This document shows positions 8,011 through 15,721 of a stretch of 53,472 bases of DNA, one piece after another. Origin of the DNA: a virus (lineage: Duplodnaviria > Caudoviricetes); IMG/VR virus record IMGVR_UViG_3300025930_000004, positions 1 through 53,472 of that record, one strand, 5' to 3'. Position 1 is the first letter of the stretch; each line of letters begins with the position of its first letter. The position numbers and the translations under genes were made by a program. The notes under the pieces were generated by a model. The model did no database searches, was not told where the DNA came from, and saw only the letters and a program-made list of their open reading frames with translations.

Positions 8011-9554
8011 CAGAACCTACCATCGTAGCATCTTCTGACGAACTTCGCTCTGCGCTTTCCTCAGCCAAACCAGGCGCCGTCATCCAGTTGCGCACCGGCG
8101 CCTATCCTGGCGTCTACACCCTCAGCAAACCCGGCGTTACCCTTGAGCCCGTTCCCGGCGAGTCACCACGATTCACCGGCCCACCGAAACCCATCGCAGG
8201 CACAAAACCGATTTGGCTGAATCTCCAGTCAGCCGCCAAAGGTGCAACGGTGCGCTACCTGGCTTTCGAGCGCATGGGCAACATCGAGGGCGCCAAAGCC
8301 TATAACGACTTTGGCATCCAGATCGGCGCTCCAGACGTGACGATTGACACTTGTCGTCTCCAGGGCATGACGAAGGGCGTCCAGGTAGTCGGCAAGGCGT
8401 CAACCGGCGTAACCATCATTCGCAACCATATTGGCCCGACCTATCAGGCTAACATCGTTGTCGCCACCAGCTACGGCGTAGTGCGTAAGCTGCTCATCAC
8501 TCAGAACACCCTAGAGGCCAGCTATATCGAGGATGGGGTACAGACGATACAGGATTTCCAGGCGCCCAATACCGAGACGGACGTGTCGAATTTGGGCGTC
8601 ATTATCTACGGCAACACGATTGACTCGCACGGGGAAAACGCCCTTGATTTCAAGGGCGCCGCCCTGGTGGTGGCTGAGGGCAACCTGATACGCCACATTG
8701 CCGGGTCCAACGATGGGCCACTAGGCGGGTGGGATACCACGTCTGGCATGTCCATCATGCACGGCGCCAACGCCAGTAAGGGCCAAATCTGCCAAATCCT
8801 GGTGCGCAATAACGACATACAGGAATCTTCCGGGGGCATTCGAGTATTTGCCGGCTGGAAGGTGGTTCACAACGTCCTGGTCAGCAACAATTTCTCGATG
8901 GCTCCTGCGCCGCACGAAGGCGTTGGCATCTTGCAGAATGGCGACGCATCCAACGCCGCTATCAAAAACAACCTGGTCGCCGGGCACAAGGGCGGCGACC
9001 TCGTACTATCGGTGGACTCGCCAGAGTTCAAAAATAACCCGCCCTTTGTAGGGCCGGGCGTGGCATTGACCACGACGCTGGGCGATGGCAGCGGGCGCAT
9101 CGTGTTGCTGAAAGATGCAAGCTATTTTACAGACTGGTTTGGCCGCATGGACCTACCACCCGAAGTCCTCTATCTGAAGAATCAACGGTGCGTGGTGCAG
9201 GCTGTGGATTACTCAGCCAACACCGTCACACTGGACCGTGATGTAGAGTGGCAGGATGGCGACCCGGTGTTCTGGCGCAGCCCTGAGCCGGTTGTGGGCT
9301 TTCAGTCTGATGACTATATCCCGCCGACAGAACCGCCCGTAGAGCCAACAGAACCACCCGTGGAGCCTGTAGAGCCACCAGTCGAAACCGGCACGATTAT
9401 CTTGACGGTGACTATCGACGCAACGGCGGAACAGGCGCAGGCAATCAGAGATGCCATTGAGGATGGCGCTATCAGCATCGGCGTGGCTATTGGCGACGTG
9501 GTTGTACCGGGTGGTGTGGCCGTGGCAGGCGCTGTTGAGGACGACGAACTGTAG
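8007..9554 (+). CDS. Right-handed parallel beta-helix (pectin-lyase-like) protein
   Basis: ALSSAKPGAVIQLRTGAY cap; IxxN ladders; PEPPVE linker near the C-terminus. Confidence 0.8.
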   Translation: MTEPTIVASSDELRSALSSAKPGAVIQLRTGAYPGVYTLSKPGVTLEPVPGESPRFTGPPKPIAGTKPIWLNLQSAAKGATVRYLAFERMGNIEGAKAYNDFGIQIGAPDVTIDTCRLQGMTKGVQVVGKASTGVTIIRNHIGPTYQANIVVATSYGVVRKLLITQNTLEASYIEDGVQTIQDFQAPNTETDVSNLGVIIYGNTIDSHGENALDFKGAALVVAEGNLIRHIAGSNDGPLGGWDTTSGMSIMHGANASKGQICQILVRNNDIQESSGGIRVFAGWKVVHNVLVSNNFSMAPAPHEGVGILQNGDASNAAIKNNLVAGHKGGDLVLSVDSPEFKNNPPFVGPGVALTTTLGDGSGRIVLLKDASYFTDWFGRMDLPPEVLYLKNQRCVVQAVDYSANTVTLDRDVEWQDGDPVFWRSPEPVVGFQSDDYIPPTEPPVEPTEPPVEPVEPPVETGTIILTVTIDATAEQAQAIRDAIEDGAISIGVAIGDVVVPGGVAVAGAVEDDEL

Positions 9555-9557
9555 GCG

Positions 9558-10226
9558 ATGGCCACAATCACCTATTACCTGACCGATACGCTGGCATCCG
9601 GCAGCGCACACATGGCGCTACAGGAAGGCGGATCGGCGCCCACCACGGCCCGCATCTCTACCGGCTGGATTGTCGGCACCACAGCCGCCACGGTCTATTC
9701 TCGGATGGATGCGCAGACTGAGCGGGCCAATGCAACGTTGACATCGACCGTTCAGCCGAACGGCGGGCCGGATAACACACTAGGCGATTGTTTCCGCACG
9801 GCGACCACGCTCAACGGTTCATTTGCTGCCGGGAACTGGGCATTTGACTGGAAGGTACAGGGCGAGACCAGAGTAACCAGCACGACAGGCGGGCGTCTCC
9901 GCTTTCGCATGTGGCGCAGCGTCAACGCTGACGGCTCATCAGCCACAGAGATCACCGCCGCTACGCAGACATCAACACTGTTTGCTGCTCTAGCTAACAG
10001 CGCATCCCAGGCCATAGCCAAGACTTATGACCCAGGCGCTTTTACCCTAGCAAACGAATACCTATTCATTCAGCACGCCCTCAGCATCACCACGGCGGGC
10101 GATAACTCAACTGCTGACGTGCATTTGTGCGTCGGTACAGGCAATTCAATTGTAACGACCGACTTTACGGTGGCCACGTCCCTACCGCCATTGCCACGGG
10201 GCAGACTCTGGAGAAAAAGGCTATGA
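9558..10226 (+). CDS. Putative virion structural protein (beta-rich)
   Basis: T/A/G/S-rich 222 aa. Confidence 0.6.
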   Translation: MATITYYLTDTLASGSAHMALQEGGSAPTTARISTGWIVGTTAATVYSRMDAQTERANATLTSTVQPNGGPDNTLGDCFRTATTLNGSFAAGNWAFDWKVQGETRVTSTTGGRLRFRMWRSVNADGSSATEITAATQTSTLFAALANSASQAIAKTYDPGAFTLANEYLFIQHALSITTAGDNSTADVHLCVGTGNSIVTTDFTVATSLPPLPRGRLWRKRL

Positions 10227-10699
10227 ACGGGAAAATATACTCGATTATCCTACCCGCTACCGCCGTAACAACCGCCATCGACCTGTGCGAAATCCAGCCG
10301 GCAGACGACCGCCCTTGTCGCATTGTCGGCTGGGAGATTCTTCAGACCACCGATGTCGGTGATGCTGCTGAGGAAATTCTACCTATCCAGGTGATTCGTG
10401 GCTTTACCACTTCCGGCTCAGTGGGCGGCACGGCGCCGACGCCACGTGACATCAACCGCACAGGCGCAACAGCAGGCTTTACCGTGGAAGTGATGAACAC
10501 CACCGTTGCCAATACCGGCACGAGCCATACGCTCTATGAGGGCGGTTGGAATATCCGCATGTCGCACGTCTACTGGCCCGATGAGCAGTTGATGCCACAG
10601 GCAAGCCAGGCCGACGTAACGATGGTGGTGCGCTTGCCGTCAGCGCCTGCTGACTCTCTGACTATTCGGGGAACGGTCTACGTACTCGAAGAGGCATAG
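10223..10699 (+). CDS. Putative virion structural protein
   Basis: ATGA overlap; beta-rich 158 aa. Confidence 0.6.
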   Translation: MNGKIYSIILPATAVTTAIDLCEIQPADDRPCRIVGWEILQTTDVGDAAEEILPIQVIRGFTTSGSVGGTAPTPRDINRTGATAGFTVEVMNTTVANTGTSHTLYEGGWNIRMSHVYWPDEQLMPQASQADVTMVVRLPSAPADSLTIRGTVYVLEEA

Positions 10700-10702
10700 T
10701 CA

Positions 10703-12310
10703 ATGCGTTTTATCAGGCGACCACGGCGAAAGGCGCTAAATCGTGGTTGGCGCTTTATACCGTCAAAGGCAGGCGGCACTCAGTTTAACCAGAGCGCAAC
10801 CGGCGGCGCTACACCAGCGGGGGCGCTTACTAAGCAGACCAGCACGGCCAAAACAGGCGCATTCGCATCCGCAGGCGCATTACTCAAGCGCATCAACACG
10901 AGTAAGACAGGGGGATTCACACCCGCCGGGGTATTACTCAAGCAGGCAGGTAAGGTTCTAACAGGCGGTCTAACATCCGCCGGGGCGCTGCTGAAGCGGA
11001 CGGCCAAAGCTTTTACAGGTGGGCTGACATCTTCCGGCGCTCTGCTCAATCAATTACAGCGGGCGCTTACCGGCTCAGTTGCAAGTGCAGGCACTTTAAC
11101 AAGACAGGCACAAAAGGTTTTATCCGGCGCTCTCACGTCATCCGGCGCATTGACCAAACAGACCCGCCGTGCACTCACCGGGGCAATGACCAGCAGCGGG
11201 GCGCTCGCAGCCATTCGCTTTATCCTGCTGGCCTTGACCGGAACACTCACCAGTTCGGGCGCACTGGCAAAGCAGACGGCTAGGGCGCTAATCGGGGCAC
11301 TCAGTTCGACGGGCTCACTGACCAGGCAAGCGGCCAAGGCGCTAACAGGGGCGCTCGATTCATCGGGTGCGCTTGCATCTATCCGCACTTTCTTGCTAGT
11401 CCTGGCCGGCAGCGTGGGCATGGCCGGGGCAATGGCTAAACAGGTCGGCAAAGCCTTTGCCGGGGCTGTATCGCCTATAGGGGCACTGGCCAAACAAGTC
11501 AGCAAGGCGCTCGTTGGTGTACTCAGTTCATCGGGTGCGCTGACCGTTATCAAGACGATCCTATTTGCGCTATCGGGCAGCCTGTCAATGTCGGGCGCAT
11601 TGACTCGGCAGGTGCGTACTTCGGTTGTCGGCTCACTTTCTGCGAGTGGGGGGCTAGTGCGTTCAGTCGGGCTACTGCTCTCTGGCGTGCTAGGTGCGGG
11701 GGGGCTGCTGGTCAGGCGCACCGGCAAAGGTTTATCTGGGGCGCTTGGGTCCGGTGGGGTACTCGCATCTATCCGTACAGTCCTGCTGTCCCTGGCCGGT
11801 ACTGTGCCAATCGCCGGGTCGCTTACCAAACAGGCCTATAGGGACTTCGTTGGGGCTGTAGCGCCTGTAGGTGCATTGGCGAAACAGGCTAACAAGATGC
11901 TTGCGGGCGCAGTGGCATCGTCAGGGGTCGTCACGACCCTGCGCCTGGTGATGGTGGTTCTAGCGGGCGTCGTCAGTTCAACGGGCTCACTAAGCGTCAG
12001 TATCGCCCGCTCACTGGCCGGCAGCCTTAGCCCATCCGGTGCAGTAGTTAAGCAGATTGGGCGCTCACTATCGGGCGTGGTGGATATAACCGGCACTCAG
12101 ATAGCCGTGTTCTTTGTGGAGTTGATTTATCGAATCGTGCGGCTGGCCGGTTCATTCGCCGGTAAAGTTGGATTGTCGGGCGTGTTTCAGAGCCATACGT
12201 CGCTTACAGGTGTATTCCGTAGTCAATCGTCGTTGCAAGGTGAGTTTCGTAATCGTGAATCGCTGGGGGGCGAGACTCGCCAGCGACATGATCTAGAGGG
12301 AGAGGTTTAA
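10703..12310 (+). CDS. Repeat protein with ~24 units of 18/20 aa
   Basis: Consensus ALTGALTSSGALTKQxxR/K. Confidence 0.75.
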   Translation: MRFIRRPRRKALNRGWRFIPSKAGGTQFNQSATGGATPAGALTKQTSTAKTGAFASAGALLKRINTSKTGGFTPAGVLLKQAGKVLTGGLTSAGALLKRTAKAFTGGLTSSGALLNQLQRALTGSVASAGTLTRQAQKVLSGALTSSGALTKQTRRALTGAMTSSGALAAIRFILLALTGTLTSSGALAKQTARALIGALSSTGSLTRQAAKALTGALDSSGALASIRTFLLVLAGSVGMAGAMAKQVGKAFAGAVSPIGALAKQVSKALVGVLSSSGALTVIKTILFALSGSLSMSGALTRQVRTSVVGSLSASGGLVRSVGLLLSGVLGAGGLLVRRTGKGLSGALGSGGVLASIRTVLLSLAGTVPIAGSLTKQAYRDFVGAVAPVGALAKQANKMLAGAVASSGVVTTLRLVMVVLAGVVSSTGSLSVSIARSLAGSLSPSGAVVKQIGRSLSGVVDITGTQIAVFFVELIYRIVRLAGSFAGKVGLSGVFQSHTSLTGVFRSQSSLQGEFRNRESLGGETRQRHDLEGEV

Positions 12311-12312
12311 TC

Positions 12313-12948
12313 ATGCTTGGTGGAAACATGGCATTAGGCGGCTCAATGACCGCCAAGAAAGTGGGTGCGGTCGGCCCTGGCTTTGCATGGCACTTACGCA
12401 ACCGGATGCGCCGTAGCTACTGGCTGGGCTGGTTCTACGCTCAACTAGCATATCTGTTCAATCGCTTGACTGGTATTCCAACCATTACCAGCAACTTGGC
12501 AATTCGGGTGCGCCGCTCGACAGGCGAATGGATTGACTACGGCATTGTCAGTTATAGGCTAGTCACTGACGCAGGCGTAGCCTTCATCGTTGACGATTGG
12601 GACAACAGCGGCACGGACATCAGCACGTTGAATTATCACGGGTGTGGCACTGGCGGCACCGCTGAAGCGGCGGGCGATACTGCGCTCGTTACTGAAAGCA
12701 CCACGGCGCTGAATCCAGATAGTACGAGGGCCACCGGCACCCGCAGCCAGCCCACAGCGCCGCAATATCGCAGTGTTGGTACGCTGACCTTTGACGCCAG
12801 CGCCGCCGTAACCGAACACGGACTATTCAGCCAGGCAGCTACAGGCGGCGGCACGCTTTGGGATCGCAGCCTCTTTAGCGCCATCAATGTGGCCTCAGGT
12901 GACTCGATCCAATTTACGTACACCGTATCTCTCAGCAGTGGCGGGTGA
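12313..12948 (+). CDS. Putative tail/baseplate-associated structural protein
   Basis: GTGGTAEAAGDTAL..E, TEHGLF and FSAINVASGDS motifs typical of fibre/baseplate N-terminal domains. Confidence 0.6.
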   Translation: MLGGNMALGGSMTAKKVGAVGPGFAWHLRNRMRRSYWLGWFYAQLAYLFNRLTGIPTITSNLAIRVRRSTGEWIDYGIVSYRLVTDAGVAFIVDDWDNSGTDISTLNYHGCGTGGTAEAAGDTALVTESTTALNPDSTRATGTRSQPTAPQYRSVGTLTFDASAAVTEHGLFSQAATGGGTLWDRSLFSAINVASGDSIQFTYTVSLSSGG

Positions 12949-13295
12949 GCATGACGACCACAGCACAAAATGTCACCATGTGGGCCGGGGATACGATTGT
13001 ACTGGAATTCGCCATCACTGACTCGGCCACAGATGCAGACAAGAATCTAAGCGGCTCATCTATCCGCTGGGTGATGGTCGGCTACACCGGAATCGTGGTG
13101 GTGGACAAGTCGACCGGCGACGGCGTAACCATCACCAATGCCGTAGGGGGCGTGTTCCAGGTTGCGCTGGAGCCTGCCGATACTGAGGAATTGCCCGGTG
13201 GGGTATATACCCACGAGGCCGAGGTAACGGACAGTCTAGGCAATATCTCAACTGTGGCAACGGGTGAAATCATGCTCAAGGCAAGCTACGCATAG
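12945..13295 (+). CDS. BppU-N-like beta-sandwich structural protein
   Basis: GDTIVLEFAITD..NLSG..GVFQVAL..DT..G.YTHEAEVTD..G. Confidence 0.6.
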   Translation: MSMTTTAQNVTMWAGDTIVLEFAITDSATDADKNLSGSSIRWVMVGYTGIVVVDKSTGDGVTITNAVGGVFQVALEPADTEELPGGVYTHEAEVTDSLGNISTVATGEIMLKASYA

Positions 13296-13304
13296 GGGGC
13301 ATCA

Positions 13305-13403
13305 ATGTGGACTCTGATCGCCACATATCTGATTTTCGCAACATGCGCCGCCGTTGCCGTCTACTGCGCCCTTGTCATAGGCGCCAGGGCAGAAAGGAGT
13401 TGA
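13305..13403 (+). CDS. 32-aa single-TM peptide
   Basis: MWTLIATYLIFATCAAVAVYCALVIGARAERS; AGGGGG RBS. Confidence 0.5.
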   Translation: MWTLIATYLIFATCAAVAVYCALVIGARAERS

Positions 13404-13406
13404 ACC

Positions 13407-13565
13407 ATGTCATTGGGTACCATTTTGCTGATCCTGCTCATCGTTTTGCTGCTCTACTCGGTCCCGACCTGGCCGCATTCTCAGGGCTGGGGCTACGGTC
13501 CAAGCGGGCTATTGTTCATCGTTGTGATCGTTCTGGTCGTCTTGCTGCTCACGGGTCGCCTGTGA
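13407..13565 (+). CDS. DUF3309-family small membrane protein
   Basis: MSLGTILLILLIVLLLYSVPTWPHSQGWGYGPSG...LLTGRL; AAGGAG RBS. Confidence 0.85.
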   Translation: MSLGTILLILLIVLLLYSVPTWPHSQGWGYGPSGLLFIVVIVLVVLLLTGRL

Positions 13566-13648
13566 TGGAAGCGTTTGCGAAGGCGGCTATGTGCGTGGCG
13601 GTGCTGGGTATTTTCTTGCTTTTCGCAGTATGGGCAGGTCGCACATGA
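13565..13648 (+). CDS. 27-aa single-TM peptide
   Basis: TGATG and ATGA overlaps at its two ends. Confidence 0.5.
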   Translation: MEAFAKAAMCVAVLGIFLLFAVWAGRT

Positions 13649-13896
13649 TGAGCCGCCGTCGCTTCCTGTCCCGCCTCCTGCGCTTTCTGCCTGCTGTGGC
13701 CGCTGCGCCGTTGGCACAATTCACGCCGCCTGAGCGTGAGCCGCAGACGCCGGAACAAAAGCGGCTGGACAAGGCAGAGGGGCAAATCTTTTACTTGCTC
13801 GATTCAGACCGCCGCCAGAATGGACGGCTGGACAGGATTGAACAGAAATTGCCGACGATGGACCCGTTTGGGCGCTACCGAAAGAAAACGATGTGA
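13645..13896 (+). CDS. Small protein with twin-arginine-like N-terminus and coiled coil
   Basis: MMSRRRFLSRLLRFLPAVAAAP. Confidence 0.6.
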   Translation: MMSRRRFLSRLLRFLPAVAAAPLAQFTPPEREPQTPEQKRLDKAEGQIFYLLDSDRRQNGRLDRIEQKLPTMDPFGRYRKKTM

Positions 13897-15242
13897 TGCA
13901 GCCGGTTAATCAGCTTATTGACCTGGATGACTACGAAGGTCATCCAAGAAACTATAACCGCCATCCTGACCAGCAGATACAGCGCATCATGGCCAGCCTG
14001 CGCAAGTTCGGCCAGCCTCGCAGTATCGTAGTGCATCGGGGTCAATTCCTGGCCGGTCATGGGGTGGCGGAAGCGGCCAGGCGGCTGGGCTGGAAGCAAT
14101 TGCGGGCTGACGTGCTGCCTGATGACTACCCCGAACACCTGGCGCTGGCCTATGTGGTGGCAGACAATGAACTGAGTAGACAGAGCGACCCAGACCAGGC
14201 GGCGCTTGCGGCCATCTTGCAGGAGGTGGGCCGGGTTGATGCGGAGTTGGTAGAGGCGGCGGGCTTTGGCAAGAAAGAGTTAGCGGATTTGTTGGCGAGT
14301 TTGACGCCGCCGCAATTGACCGTTGCCGACCCTGGCGCACAAACAGACCGAGCCGAGGAGCTACAAGAAAAGTGGGAGACGGCAGACAACCAGCTATGGC
14401 GCATCGGGGAACATTTCGTTATCTGTGGCGATTGCCGTTCCCCTGACACCTGGGGCCGGTTACTTGATGCGGCTGATGTGGAGAAAGTCAACGGCGTGTT
14501 TACCTCACCACCCTACGCAGAACAGCGCAAAGAACAGTACGGGGGCATTCCGACCGCTGAGTATGTAGATTGGTGGGAAGCGGTGCAGGCGAATGTACGG
14601 GGCAATTTGGCCGGGGATGGGTCATTCTTTGTGAATATCAAGCCGCACTGCGAGGATGGGCAACGGGCGCTTTACGTGATGGACTTAGTAACGGCAATGG
14701 TAAGGCGCTGGGGCTGGCGGTATGTGGAGGAGGCTTGTTGGGTGCATCAAGGCTTCCCAGGTGAACCGCAACAAAGATTCCAAAATGCTTTTGAGCCAAT
14801 CTATATGTTCTCTCAAGGCAAGGTCAAGTTTTGCCCTGAGAATGTAGCTTATGAGAGTGATTCGGTAATGCAGTATGAGCCGGGATTGAATGTTAGGCAA
14901 CGCCAACGCTCTACCGGCGAATTAACGCCAATGGCAAACGTAAAACACAGTAAGGGTAAAGCCTACCCAAGAAATGTATTGCAGATAAGCAGTGCAACCG
15001 CCGATGTGCCGGAACACGCCGCCGCCTTCCCCGTCGCCCTGCCCGATTTCTTCATCCGTGCTTATTCCGATCCCGGTGACGTGTGGTGCGATCCGTTCCT
15101 GGGCAGCGGCACAACCATTGTAGCGGCCCACCAGAACAAGCGGCGGGGGCTGGGGATTGAGAAGTTGCCTAAATATGTAGCGGTCATTCTTGAAAGGCTG
15201 CAAGCGGTCGTGGGCCAATCGCCCGAACTAATGGATGGTTGA
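13893..15242 (+). CDS. ParB-like N-domain fused to N4/N6 DNA methyltransferase (beta class)
   Basis: HPRNYNRH..LAGHG..ADNE; TSPPY; HAAAFP; DPFLGSGTT. Confidence 0.9.
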   Translation: MMQPVNQLIDLDDYEGHPRNYNRHPDQQIQRIMASLRKFGQPRSIVVHRGQFLAGHGVAEAARRLGWKQLRADVLPDDYPEHLALAYVVADNELSRQSDPDQAALAAILQEVGRVDAELVEAAGFGKKELADLLASLTPPQLTVADPGAQTDRAEELQEKWETADNQLWRIGEHFVICGDCRSPDTWGRLLDAADVEKVNGVFTSPPYAEQRKEQYGGIPTAEYVDWWEAVQANVRGNLAGDGSFFVNIKPHCEDGQRALYVMDLVTAMVRRWGWRYVEEACWVHQGFPGEPQQRFQNAFEPIYMFSQGKVKFCPENVAYESDSVMQYEPGLNVRQRQRSTGELTPMANVKHSKGKAYPRNVLQISSATADVPEHAAAFPVALPDFFIRAYSDPGDVWCDPFLGSGTTIVAAHQNKRRGLGIEKLPKYVAVILERLQAVVGQSPELMDG

Positions 15243-15247
15243 ACATC

Positions 15248-15721
15248 ATGGCGCTGAACAATGCACAAGACGCCATCATTGACGACCGCCGCCGCCTGGT
15301 TGCATCGCTCATTCTGCGCAAGCGCACGCAGCGGGAGGTTGTGACTGCGCTGACTATACAAGGCTATCGCAACCCAGACACCGGCGAACCGTGGAGCCTT
15401 GCCACCGTCAATGCCGATGTGCAGGCGCTACGCAGGCAATGGCGCAAAGAGGCAAGGCAGGATACAGCCGAACACAAGACTCGCCAGTTTGCCGAGTTGA
15501 ACGAGGTGATGAAGCAAGGGTGGGTAGACAACGATTTGAATGCGGTGTTGCGGGCGATGAAACAGCAGGCGGAATTGCTGGGGCTGGATGCGCCGACCGA
15601 GGAGGATCAGTTCGTTGTGGGCATGACATTGCCGGAATGGGAGAAGCGCCAAGCGACCAGCCGCCAGCAGGCAGCCGAGACGATGGAATTGTTTGACGAT
15701 GAGTTGGACACCGAGGACTAA
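15248..15721 (+). CDS. Putative terminase small subunit
   Basis: HTH-like TVNADVQALR and AELLGLDAP motif; directly upstream of the large subunit. Confidence 0.7.
   Translation: MALNNAQDAIIDDRRRLVASLILRKRTQREVVTALTIQGYRNPDTGEPWSLATVNADVQALRRQWRKEARQDTAEHKTRQFAELNEVMKQGWVDNDLNAVLRAMKQQAELLGLDAPTEEDQFVVGMTLPEWEKRQATSRQQAAETMELFDDELDTED

Noticed and set aside
9321-9388. Tandem DNA repeat
   Set aside because: Encodes an ordinary Pro/Glu linker (PTEPPVE)
13307-13648. 113-aa ORF from the track
   Set aside because: Better explained by three small ORFs with RBS/overlaps, one a clear DUF3309
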